Shown: positions 25,371 through 37,086 of the stretch, piece by piece
Layout: the number at the start of each line of letters is the position of its first letter
How positions within the stretch are numbered: position 1 is the first letter of the stretch
DNA from: Octopus bimaculoides
Taxonomy: Eukaryota
NCBI RefSeq assembly: GCF_001194135.2
Contig: NC_068993.1
Location: 36,136,069 to 36,182,934 of the forward strand
DNA: 46,866 nucleotides
Direction: 5' to 3'
The notes under the pieces: model-generated
The model's input: the letters and a program-made list of their open reading frames with translations, nothing else
What the model was told of the DNA's origin: nothing
The model's database searches: none
Translations under genes and position numbers: made by a program

Positions 25371-26914
25371 AGAGAGAGAGATAGATAGATAGACAGAGCT
25401 AAATAGACAAATAGATAGATAGATAGATAGATAGATCATTTACCTGAATGTGAGTGCTTTGGTGCTTAAGTAGGTGAGTACGCGTGAGTGTGTATATATA
25501 TATATATATGTATATATACTATTACACTACACACGAATATCAATATACCAATATCGTATGGATAGAAAAAGATCCGTTTGGAATAAAAAATATGTCCTTG
25601 AATGTTCAAAATTTGTGAGTTCTTTGTATGATGAAGAAAAATAAACAGTCCGAGGAATTCAGACAAACGTTTGCTGCTGTAAGCCAGCAAATGAATTTAT
25701 ATTTATATAAATATAAAATATGAAATATACTACATATGCATTAATGAGGGTTGATCGTTAATTAAACGTGAAGACCAATGTAATATGATTGTAAATATCC
25801 AGTGAATTTAAGCTTGACACTCCTTTTTTTTTTTTGTTTTATTGTGAATTTCTGTATCTAAGGTTGACTTTATTAAAGAAACGGCTGCTAGCCACCATTT
25901 GTAGTAGTAGACATAATGGCAACTTTAATGAATATGAGAGGAAACCAGTGGAAGAGCGCAGCATATAAAGAAGTAATGCACAATGGGAGGTGTGGTCCGA
26001 GGTTAGATAACAGAGAAGTGGGAGTAAGTACAACACAGCAGGGGAGTAGAGAGTGAAAAGGAAGGGGAGAAAGAGAGAAAGAGAGGAAGTAAAATAAGAG
26101 GAGGAATATATATGTGTATCTGTATATATATAAATAGAGAGAGATAGAGAGAGCTGGGGAGAATAGTGGCTTACAAAGCATATATTGTGTAATAGGAGTA
26201 ATACAGGAGAGGGAGGTGAGTGTATCCGCAACGAAGGGAAGGTGAAAGAAAAAGGAGTGGCTGTGAGAGTATAGTAAACAAGTGAGAGAGCTGTAGAGAA
26301 GGGAGTAAAGATCAATAGGATGTGTGCGTGTGTAGAAATTCGTCTATCTCTCACCGTTTGACAACCGTTGTTGCTTTGTTCATGTCTGTAACTTGGACGA
26401 TAGAATATATATACTAGACTTTAAAAATAAACATTGGGTCGAATTTGAAGGCGGTGCCCCAGCATGGCCGCAGGCCGATGACTGAAACCAACCAGAGTAA
26501 CATGTATGTATGTACGTATGCATGTGTGTGTAGGTAGGTAGGTAGAGAGAGAGAGAGAGAGAGAGGGGTGCGAGATCGAGATAGTATTAATGGTCGAGAG
26601 AATAAAAAATGAAATATTTAAAAGGTGAAAAGGAAGTTGTACTGTCTTAGGACAGGGGCACACTGGGCAGTTACCTGAAGGCCTCATGACCCAGGAGCCC
26701 GGTTCTAATCTCTATATATACTGCGGCTTGCTGTCAATAAATATTACAGGGCCCAGTGCATTGATTAACCTGGTGGCCTATAATGTTGCTAAGGCAACAC
26801 CTGGGGCGACGGAGTACAAGACATGATATAAGTCAGTTAGGGACCAGGAATTAGATGAAAAGGGTCAGGTTCAATAGTTAGTAAATAACACCATAATTTA
26901 AATAATCATAATCC

Positions 26915-27169
26915 GGTACTACTAAAGCAGCGCGGACCCGAACGCGCAGTCGCGCGTCCGCGCTAGCTAGTCTTGAGTGGTCGATCCTAACCCTAACCCT
27001 ATCCCTAACCCTAACCCTAACCCTATCCCTATCCCAATCCCTAAGCCGCGTGTGCAAATGAATACGTGTTTAGGGTTAGGAATAGGGTTAGGGTTAGGAT
27101 CGACCACTCACGACTAGCTAGCCCGGACGCGCGACTGCGCGTTCGGGTCCGCGCTGCTTTAGTAGTACC
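26915..27169. mobile_element. 255-bp palindromic MITE carrying inverted telomeric repeats; GG termini, exact 8-bp TSD (Merlin-like)
   Basis: 100-bp TIRs at 26915-27014 and 27070-27169 (97/100 identical). TSD cataatcc at 26907-26914 and 27170-27177. (CCCTAA)-type units at 26986-27044 and (TTAGGG)-type units at 27070-27098. Confidence 0.92.
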
Positions 27170-27311
27170 CATAATCCTTTCCACTAAAGACACAGGGACT
27201 GAAATTTGGGGAGAGGGGGACTAGTCGATTACATTGACCCCAGTGTTCCACTGGTACTTAATCGACTCCAAAAGGATGAAAGGCAAAGTCGACTTCGACG
27301 GAATTTGAATT

Positions 27312-27420
27312 CAGAAGTAAAGACAGACGAATCCAGAAGTAAAGACGGACGAATCCAGAAGTAAAGACAGACGAATCCAGAAGTAAAGACAGACGAATCC
27401 ATAAGTAAAGACGGACGAAA
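27312..27420. repeat. About 5 x 22-bp tandem repeat inside a SINE head
   Basis: Unit cagaagtaaagac(a/g)gacgaatc starting at 27312, 27334, 27356, 27378 and 27400. Confidence 0.9.
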
Positions 27421-28046
27421 TGCCTCTAAGCATTTTACCTGGCGTGCTAACGATTCAGCCAGCTCACTGCTTAAATAATAATAATAATAACAACAACAAC
27501 AACAACAACAACAACAATAATCATTTCTACTATAGGCACAAGGCCTGAAATTTTAGGGTAGGGGTAAAGTCGATCACATCGACCGCACTATTTGACTGGT
27601 ACTTAATTTATCGATTCCGAAAGGATGAAAGGCAAAGTCGACCTCGCCGGAATTTGAACTCAGAACGTGCAGGCGGACGAAATGCTGCTAAGCATTTTGC
27701 CCGGCGTGCTTAACGATTCTGCCAGCGCGCCGTCAAAATGTTATAGTTAAAAGTTACAAAATAATATCGATTTCAAATTTTGGCACAAGGCCAGCAATTT
27801 CGGGGCGAGAGGGTAAATCGATTAGATCGATTCCAGTACTCAAGTAGTCCTTATTTTATTAACCCCGAAGAAGATAAAAGGCAAAGTCGACTTTGGCGGA
27901 ATTTGAACCCAGAAATAATAATAATATTAATATTAATGGTTTCAAATTTTGCCACAAGGGCAGCAATTTTGGGGAAGGAGTTGAGTCGATTACGTCGACC
28001 CAGTGTTCAACTGGTACTTATTTTATCGACCCCGAAAGGATGAAAG

Positions 28047-28340
28047 CAGTGGCAGACTGGGCCAGGTTGCCAGCTTGCCTATGGCAAGTGAGCCCCTACG
28101 CCATTAGAATCCATATATGAGGACCCATGTTAGTATCTAAGGGGCCCATCCCCTCAAGTTTCAGATTTTTTTATTCACTCCTGGAAGAATGCATTAATTG
28201 TTTCAGCCTGGCTTTGTTTGTAGACAGTTGAAAAGAATACTTTTAACAAAAACAAAACAAATTAAATGCTAGCATTGTAGTTGCGGGTGGACCCTCTTAG
28301 TCTCCTGGCAACCAAAATTTTTAGACCCAGTCCGCCACTG
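28047..28340. mobile_element. 294-bp hAT-type MITE inserted into a SINE
   Basis: TIRs cagtggcagactggg / cccagtccgccactg (14/15). Exact 8-bp TSD gatgaaag at 28039-28046 and 28341-28348. The SINE sequence resumes seamlessly after it. Confidence 0.88.
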
Positions 28341-28795
28341 GATGAAAGGCAAAGTCGACCTCGGCGGAATTTGCACTCAGAACGTAACGACTAGTGAAAT
28401 ACCGCTAAGCATTTCATTCAGCGTGCTAACAATTCTGCTAGCTCGCCGCCTTAAATAATAAAGCGACAAGTCGCAGTAAATAGAAAGGGCTTAAAAGATA
28501 ATTACTGGCTAAAATTTGAAAATATATATTTGTAGAGTTCCGACGAGATTCGATTATTATCAGCTCTTAGTTGAAAAACACCTTAACGGCTTACATACAA
28601 ACAGGTGTAAAGAAATTATATAAGGTGGATAAAGTAAGCTGTTTATCGAGTGGAAATTTCCTTTGAACATTCGCTTCACGCCAAGTTTTAGGTTAGAAAT
28701 AGATGGTGTATAAAAATAAATTAAAAATAGAAACAGGGGAAATGTTATAGAAATAAATGGAAACTATAATGGGTTTTAGGAAAACAGTGATAGTA

Positions 28796-31232
28796 CAAGT
28801 ACACAATCCTTTATCCGGAAGCCTTGGGAACAGTAGTGTTCTGACTTTCGGATTTCCGAACAAAAGCTAGTTGCCCCAGATTGTAAACTAGACGTCAAAA
28901 CAAACGTCCTACCATAGTAACAAAAGCACATGTATACGTACTCACAATCAGTGGGGGAAATAAATACTTGTAGAGTAATATACTGGTGAATGAATTAGTG
29001 AGATAATTAAGATCACAAATAGCAAAATACATATAGTGGGATAATTTAAAACCAAAATACATGATCCACAAGTACAGGTATGCACATTACAATACTATTG
29101 CTGCAGAGAGACGCATAGGTATTCGCACTAATTTGAATAAAGAACGACTATAAATGATATTACAGTTTATTCATACGCTAGAGCCATAAATTAGATCAAA
29201 CTAGGCTAAATATGTAGCTGCATTTAGGTTGTAGAACAGAGTCCGTCAGTGTCACCAATGTTGTCATCAGCTTGCAGGCAAACCTCCGATGGTGGACCTG
29301 GGACGGGATTCTCAAGTGATGAAGTAGCATTACGAGAGAGGGCATTTTAAAAAACTTCTTCAAGTGTCATCTGTCTCATTAGCATAGGTTTCTGTCTAAG
29401 CAATATCTCTTTAACTGAATAAACTCTCATAATCTGTTGCTCAGTGATAAATGCACGTTGTTCAAGGCCAGCTCAGCTATTAACTGATCACAATTTTTCA
29501 CCATATCGTCTATAGGAATTTTCACCTGTGTTCTCTGACTCATCATCACTACTGTCTTCATTCTTATCTGTTTTTAACACCATTTCAGCAATTTCCCCAT
29601 CACTCAAGGAATGCACAAGAGGTGCATCATTGTCAATGTTTAGCATTTCTTCAATGTCCGCTTCTACTAGATCACTTACACTTCCGCACAATGAACTTTT
29701 AGCGTAAGTTACGAGTTTTGATATCATCTTCTCATAAGTGACACGAAATCCTCCAAACTAGTTATATATAGGGTCATTTTCATCAAACATCGTTATTGAC
29801 AAAATTCTGTGCCAAGTATTTGTTACTGTTGATTTATCAACTTCATTCCAAGCATTCACAACTGAGTAAATGGCATCCTTAACAGTGAACTCTTTCAGAT
29901 AGTCTTGCATTCTTACTCCTCTGTTGAATGCATCAAGCACACAGCTCGTAAAATTATTTTTATAGTTGCTCTTCATGGAGCGTAAAATTCCTTGGTCACA
30001 AGGCTGTAAAACAAATGTCACATCAGGAGGTAAGTAAAGACCAAAAACATTACTTTTCACAAGAACTTCGACAAGATGTGCCCAGCAGTTGTCCAGGAAC
30101 AATAGAATTTTACAGTGTTCTTCCAGTCCAGCTTGCCAGCAATGAGCTTATGCCGCTAGTACAAAGTGATTATTGAACCAGTCAGAAAATATTTCTCAGG
30201 TTACCCATTGTTTTTTGCACAGGTAAATTAACTACGCTTTTCAGACATCTCGGACGCTGGCTTTTTCCAATGATTGCTAACTTCACCTTGTGTGTGCCTA
30301 CAGCATTTACAGATCCAAGAATAGTTAATCTTTCCTTAGCATCCTTAAAACCTGCTGGTGCTGTCTCATCTGCCAGTACGAAGCTGTTTCATCAGCATAG
30401 TAAATTTGTTCAGGAGAAAGGTTTTCATCAGATGCGATCTTGGCAAATTCGTGTATGTAATTTTCCGCAGCTTCATAATCAGCAGAAGCTTTTTCACCAC
30501 AGATTTTCAGATATTTTACACCATGTCTTAGATATTTGCAGCCAACCTTCTGAATAATGACACTTTCCTTCAATGTTCAATTTTTTATGATATATTCTAG
30601 CTTGTTTCACGAGCAACAAACCATTCAGTGGCAAATGTTCCCTTCTTCGTTGTCGAATTCATTCTATCATCACAAGGTTAAGATCTTCATTTTTTGCCCC
30701 ATGAAGTGTTTACATATTTTTCATTACTTTGTGATCATCACTCTCACTATAAAATTATAGTAATTTGTCTTTGTTTCCTTAAGTCATACACATTGCTAGT
30801 TCCAACACTATATTCTTCAGCGAGCCGCCGCACAGACACACCACGATCAAGTTTCTGTAGTAACTTCACTTTCTGCCTTATTGATAATGACAAATGTTTC
30901 CTTTTCTTTTTCTCACTGTCATCCATCGAGGTATCTGCAGTTTTTCTAACATTTTCAGGTAAATTATAGACAAAGTCAAAAGAAACAACACGAAGACAGC
31001 AAGTGGACGTCTTTCCTCTACGAGTGCTAAGCCACAACTGACGCTCGGTGCTAAGTGGCGGCCGACCATACCAAGCATTACGTCATGCCTGAGTGAGACG
31101 GGTTACGATGGTCAACTGTTTGAGCACCAAACGACCCCTGCCATGACGCGCTCCGTCCTCCACAAAAACATTCGGTTTGAGGGGATGGGGCTTTCTGGAT
31201 TTTAGATTTCCGGATAAAGGATTGTGTCCCTG
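28796..31232 (-). mobile_element. Full-length (2437 bp) Tigger/pogo DNA transposon (Tc1/mariner superfamily)
   Basis: 25-bp TIRs ca(a/g)g(t/g)acacaatcctttatccggaa at 28796-28820 and 31208-31232, TA TSD at 28794-28795 and 31233-31234, and an internal transposase. Confidence 0.95.
29224..30950 (-). pseudogene. Frameshifted pogo/Tigger transposase (CENP-B-type HTH domains + DDE_1)
   Basis: Fragments in several frames: KKKRKHLSLSIRQKVKLLQKLDRGVSVRRLAEEYSVGTSNVYDLRKQ (HTH-psq), LSPEQIYYADET (first catalytic D), FLDNCWAH (second D), LPPDVTFVLQPCDQGILRSMKSNY (third D) and an acidic C-terminal region. Multiple frameshifts and stops. Confidence 0.93.
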
Positions 31233-32914
31233 TAATTAAAAAAGATCCTGAAAAACTTATTGGTTTCCCTGAAGTTTGTAGAAAAAACTCAGCCCCACTC
31301 CGTCACGGTTGATTGATTTCATGAGGGTGAGAGTCTAGAAACAAAAGCCCGACTGCCAAATGAGATATCCTTTTAGATATACTGATATATATNNNNNNNN
31401 NNNNNNNNNNNNNNNNNNNNNNNNNNNNNNNNNNNNNNNNNNNNNNNNNNNNNNNNNNNNNNNNNNNNNNNNNNNNNNNNNNNNNNNNNNNNNNNNNNNN
31501 NNNNNNNNNNNNNNNNNNNNNNNNNNNNNNNNNNNNNNNNNNNNNNNNNNNNNNNNNNNNNNNNNNNNNNNNNNNNNNNNNNNNNNNNNNNNNNNNNNNN
31601 NNNNNNNNNNNNNNNNNNNNNNNNNNNNNNNNNNNNNNNNNNNNNNNNNNNNNNNNNNNNNNNNNNNNNNNNNNNNNNNNNNNNNNNNNNNNNNNNNNNN
31701 NNNNNNNNNNNNNNNNNNNNNNNNNNNNNNNNNNNNNNNNNNNNNNNNNNNNNNNNNNNNNNNNNNNNNNNNNNNNNNNNNNNNNNNNNNNNNNNNNNNN
31801 NNNNNNNNNNNNNNNNNNNNNNNNNNNNNNNNNNNNNNNNNNNNNNNNNNNNNNNNNNNNNNNNNNNNNNNNGTATTTAAGAAGAAAGATACACGTGTCT
31901 AGGTAGCCACGTGCACTTCTGAAAGGGAAAATGGGGAGGGTGAGCAATATAAAGAGTGTCTACTGCAAGTCTAACAGCAGTGCTACTACTGCAGAATTAG
32001 TTGTACTTCTATGTTGCCATGTTGTAAAACAACATTTAGCAATTATTTATACATTTATTCATTTATTTATTTTAACAGTTAAATACGTCCGTTCACTATC
32101 GCTACCTCATGTTTTTTTTTTTGGTGGGGGGTGGGGGTGGGATTTTTTTTTCCGTTTGTTTTCTTTTTTGTCAAATTTCAATTCCCAGCTATGTACGGAG
32201 TCTAAATCTTACCACAATATTCAGCAGAAATACTGTCATCAGTTCCAGTAATAGTTGTAACAGCAGCAATGTGTATCTGCACTAACTAACTACTACTGCT
32301 GCTGCTACTACTACAACTAGTCTTTCAACAACATCAGCATAGCAGAATTTCTAAGAATCAATGATTAAATTCCAGACTTTAGCAAGGCAATTATCATATT
32401 TGTATAACAAACTAAAAACTAGGTTAATCTTCAAAGGAGGTTTAGAATACAAGACTGTGTACAGCTGGTGCACTTGAAACATGCTAGCAACTCCACACAC
32501 ATCAGATATGTTCAACAGATACCACCAGACCCTTTTCCATATCGATGACTCTCATAACAGTCATAGCCTTGAATGATTGCTCTCACCCCCCCCCCCCAAG
32601 ATATATATATATATATATATATCATAGTCACTAATATACTGCAGTTATTTCAAACAGGCTTACCATGGGTTAATGAACAAACACCATCAAAATGAACCCA
32701 AGTTTTGTAAAAGGACATTTGTTAAACTATTTATGGTATATTTCGATAAGGAATTAAGAAAATATTGAACCAAGTCACAGAAATATTCAGAAAATGTCTG
32801 AAAAAAAATGTAGATTAATGGCAAACTTCTGTATTGTGGGCAATGATAAAGAAATAAAGACATGACTGTTTTTAATATTAGACACAATGCTACAAACTGA
32901 GATGAAAGGGTTAG

Positions 32915-33065
32915 TCTCTGCCACTGATCCCAGTACTTAATTTTATTGCCCCTGAAATGATGAGAGGTAAAGATGATCTTGGTTGGATTTGAACTCAGAA
33001 CATAAAGAGCAGAAAGAAATACCTTAAAGCATTTTGCCTGACGATTTAATGAGTCTGCCAATCTA
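32915..33065 (-). mobile_element. SINE family A, CpG-decayed copy
   Basis: cccagtacttaatttt...gatttgaactcagaacataaag...aagcattttgcc matches family A. Confidence 0.7.
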
Positions 33066-33109
33066 CTACTTTATTCATAACGATATGAATAAAGAGATGA
33101 CAGTCCTTT

Positions 33110-33350
33110 GTCATCTCCTAGGGTCAGTTGGCAATACTTTATCCCATATTTTCCGAAGTTTCCTTCTTTGACAGGTTCTATCTACTCAGAGCACATCTTT
33201 ATACAACTGGTCACTTCCAGTACCAGCCACCATAGTATTCCTTCTTTTACATTACATCTGATTTCTCTAAGAGCCATTTTCACCCTCAACTCACAAGGGC
33301 TCTGTTATTCATGCACATTCTCATCACACAGCTAGTAGATCAAGTTCACT
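33110..33350 (-). pseudogene. Decayed C-terminal coding end of an RTE-like LINE
   Basis: Minus-strand translation ELRVKMALREIRCNVKEGILWWLV...CIKMC...EGNFGKYGIK loosely matches the RTE C-terminus 'LRERLGI..I...V..RRLRWYGHV...EG.R.RGRP.KTW'. By eye only. Confidence 0.45.
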
Positions 33351-33915
33351 TCATTTCTTTCTAGCCTTGTGAGTGTATATGGTAGATAGAAACTAGGTAG
33401 AAGCCTATCAGTGAATATATATATATATATATANNNNNNNNNNNNNNNNNNNNNNNNNNNNNNNNNNNNNNNNNNNNNNNNNNNNNNNNNNNNNNNNNNN
33501 NNNNNNNNNNNNNNNNNNNNNNNNNNNNNNNNNNNNNNNNNNNNNNNNNNNNNNNNNNNNNNNNNNNNNNNNNNNNNNNNNNNNNNNNNNNNNNNNNNNN
33601 NNNNNNNNNNNNNNNNNNNNNNNNNNNNNNNNNNNNNNNNNNNNNNNNNNNNNNNNNNNNNNNNNNNNNNNNNNNNNNNNNNNNNNNNNNNNNNNNNNNN
33701 NNNNNNNNNNNNNNNNNNNNNNNNNNNNNNNNNNNNNNNNNNNNNNNNNNNNNNNNNNNNNNNNNNNNNNNNNNNNNNNNNNNNNNNNNNNNNNNNNNNN
33801 NNNNNNNNNNNNNNNNNNNNNNNNNNNNNNNNNNNNNNNNNNNNNNNNNNNNNNNNNNNNNNNNNNNNNNNNNNNNNNNNNNNNNNNNNNNNNNNNNNNN
33901 NNNNNNNNNNNNNNN

Positions 33916-33967
<52 letters not shown>

Positions 33968-33984
33968 TGATGTACCCCCATATA

Positions 33985-34960
33985 TATGCTGGGAAGGTGG
34001 TGTTAGGAAGAGCATCCAGCCGTAAAAACCTTGCCAAAACAGACACAGAAGTCTGGTGCAGTCTTCTGCCTGGCCAGCTCCTGTCAAACCATCCAGCCCA
34101 TGATGATGATGTACCCCCATGCATCATTGGCAACCCACCCCTTTCTCACTACATCAACCCCTCAACCATATCCAATCTCTACAGCTGTCACCTACTCTTC
34201 ACTACCTCCTTTACTTATCCCTTAGCACTTGTTTTTCACTCATTACATTCACCTCCCCATCCATTTCCCATCTGACACTCTCCTATACACTAATGCAGCT
34301 TCTACCCCATCCACACACCTGGTTCTTTTTTCCCCACGCTCCCACTCATTTTGTACCTGGAGGTTCCACCCAAGCAACTCATTACCACTACTTTTATTTC
34401 TTTCCAGCTCCATTCTCATCACTCCTACCCTCTCTTGTATGATGTGAGTAACCATGCAGCTCCTCTACAGCAAGAAAACTGTTTTGCTCTGGCTTTTTCT
34501 GTCCCATTTTGGCCCCTCATTTTCTAGCATCGAGATGCTTCTCTCAGGGTTCATAGTCTTGCAAGCAACAAGGTGACCTCAGTTGTGTTTGTGGTACAAA
34601 AAAAAATATCACCCAGTACATTCTGTAAAGTGGTTGGCATTAGGAAGGGCAACCAGTTATAGATACCATGTCAAGGTAGACACTGGAGCATGATGCAGAC
34701 CTAGGACCTGACATCTCATCAAACCATTGAACAACCTATGCCACAGAAAATGGATGTTAAGTGTGTGTGTGTGTGTCTTTGTGTTTATCCCCACATCACT
34801 TGACAACCAGTGTTGGTTTGTTTACATACCTGTGAATTAGTGGACCAGCAGAAGAGATTGATAGAATTAGAATAAATATTGGGGTGGATTTGTTTGACTA
34901 ACCCTACAAGGTGGTGCTCCAGTGTGGCCGTAGTTCAATAACCAAAACAAGTAAAACAGT
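33985..34960 (+). mobile_element. Two (GAT)n-family retroposon 3' ends (about 33985-34110, 34590-34762) followed by a family B SINE tail (about 34770-34955)
   Basis: Motifs shared with 39050-39466. Confidence 0.65.
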
Positions 34961-36489
34961 ATTCAGAGCCAACATCTCAATGCCATGCAGTATCACTCTT
35001 CGTACACAAATATCACACAATCATTCCAGAACATTGAAATGGCATCAGTACATAGAAAACCTCCTAGAGAATGTTACTATAACACAAAAACAATTATCTC
35101 CAGAGACATTTTAAAAGCTTTTAAATAATAAAACATTGGTGAGACATTAAAGTTGTCTGAGAATGTTTTAGCACTTTCATGGAGGGTTGGGAGAACAGAG
35201 AGGCAGAGAGCTAAAAATAGATGCAAAATCTGCAGAACTTTTAACCTATGCTAGCATGGAAAAATGAAAAAAACAATTAGTATTTAATAAATTCCTGCTG
35301 ACTATAGTTTGACCAAATAAAAGCGAAGCTACTGGTTTACAAACAGTAAAGATGAAAGATATTTATAGTTCAGTAAAGTAAAGAGAGGTTTGATTGATCT
35401 GTTTCTTATGTTTTGTTTCTGCAACAGAAATTGGTTTCTATGGCAATAATCATTGAAATTATAAGAATTATCAGTCATTTTTGTATCACTTCAAAATACC
35501 CTATTTGATGACATGTAAGATGCATTTGTCTCAAAAAGAAACCCCAGGTCCTAAATGAGAAGTTGAGCCTTCCATTAACATTAATACACAAAAAACTTTT
35601 ATTTCCTAACTATGCACTACTGAAATTTGGATGCATCTAATATTCCCACGCATCTTTTATGCTATCAAATATGGCACCTAACTCTTTTGTGACTATTTTT
35701 AACGAGAAGGCTGCCCACACGTTTTAATTCATTAATAATCTAATCAGGATTTTGGATGAATTTTAAAAAAACACCTCAAATTTTATATCTTTGTTGGTGT
35801 TGATCAACTAAATCTCATAATATCATCCCTGATATTACATGACTTTAATCTAGGTTTTAACTGTAATTAGGTTTTTGAATTTCGGAATAATCACAGCCAG
35901 TCCTTACCTTTCCTTATACAGTGATTGATAGCAGAATGAATCAGAATCAGAAAGTTTATAGATCCTTCAAAAGTACCGAAGGTGAACAACAAAAGAAATG
36001 AATATAAAAAAATTGAAGGCAAAAAAATGTTCTGAAATTCTGTTTGTTAAGCAACAAATAAAAACAATAATAAGTTTTGATTTTTGCATAATTATAATCA
36101 TTCAAAATTGGTTAAAGAGAGTGACATTATCCATAGAAATTATAAGAACTTCCTTCATGTTCTTCCCAAAAAATAAAACCTGAACATTTTATGTCTAAAT
36201 AATAAAAATTTTACTTTTACTTCCAACATTAAATGACTCTACTGTTTTAGAACAGGTATACCTTACTATGTGTCATAAGATGTAGCTGAAAGAGTTGGCA
36301 AAAGGAAGAGCACTTGACCATAAAACATCAACCTTAACAGAAAAATTTATATAAAAAATTGAACAGCCCATGCTAGCATGGAGAAGTAGAGTATAAAACA
36401 ATGATGGGGAATTCCAACACTGTCTAAATACCAGAGATGAATTATTATGAGATTATATAATTTTACAAACTTTTAATCTCATGCCATGG

Positions 36490-36690
36490 AGAAAAAGTAC
36501 CCAGTACCCTCTGTAAGGGGGTTGGCATTAAGAAGGGCATCCAGCAATAGAAATCATACCAAAGCAGACATTGGAGCATAGAACAGTCTGCCAACTCATC
36601 AAAGCTTGTCAAATTGTTCAAATTATCTGACCCATGCCAGCATGGAAGATGGATGTTTAAAAGATAACAATGATGATGATGATGATGACT
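36490..36690 (+). mobile_element. (GAT)n-tailed retroposon 3' end
   Basis: gttggcattaagaagggcatccagc...cccatgccagcatggaagatggatgtttaa...gatgatgatgat. Confidence 0.7.
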
Positions 36691-37039
36691 TACAAGTTTT
36701 ATGTCAGTTGATATACTGAGGGGTACTTTATCACTACTGATGATACAACATTCTTTACTAAATCTCCCTTGGCCATTTTCACAAATGGAATCATATGAGG
36801 TCCATAAATCTTATATTATGTTCCAAAATGGTGTTGGAAGAGCCACAGAAAAAAAAATTCTTATTAAAATCCTTCAAGGATGTCTAGCCCTGATAATAAA
36901 CAGGTCTAGACATCATCAACAACAATAACAAAAATATTTCTAAAGTCATATAAATTTTTAACCATATGTATTATAGTTTTATCTATCTTAAGGGCTGTGA
37001 GATGATGAGAGATTAAACCAATCAAAGCATTATTAATGA

Positions 37040-37086
<47 letters not shown>

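Larger units (their letters stand above)
27175..28452 (-). mobile_element. Stack of four SINE family A copies (about 27175-27470, 27521-27734, 27771-27914, 27938-28452)
   Basis: On the minus strand each copy that retains the head has an A-box-like TGGCAGAATCG and B-box-like GAGTTCAAATTCC, a central gtcgactttgcctttcatcctttcgggg domain and an (ATT)n tail. Copies are separated by AAT/AAC tracts. Confidence 0.88.

Noticed and set aside
25471-25480. Consensus donor AG|GTGAGT on +
   Set aside because: No acceptor or open frame upstream, only GA/GATA repeats.
25916-26023. ATG-initiated 36-codon stretch ending at a GGA|GTAAGT donor-like site on +
   Set aside because: No recognisable homology, and a stop-free run this short is expected by chance. 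Needs RNA-seq.
26986-27098. Telomeric repeats as a true telomere or chromosome-fusion scar
   Set aside because: They are short, internal to 100-bp TIRs and bounded by a TSD, so they arrived as transposon cargo. A fusion scar would read TTAGGG then CCCTAA, the opposite order.
27312-27420. Repeat arrays (22-bp here, 16-bp at 42271) as possible CRISPR arrays
   Set aside because: Head-to-tail tandem units without unique spacers, no cas genes and a eukaryotic context.
1441-33981. Long ORFs spanning N-gaps or made of YIYIYI, THTH, ERER, IIII or NNNN
   Set aside because: Translations of Ns and microsatellites. Only the IP6K segment of ORF 1441-2424 is real.
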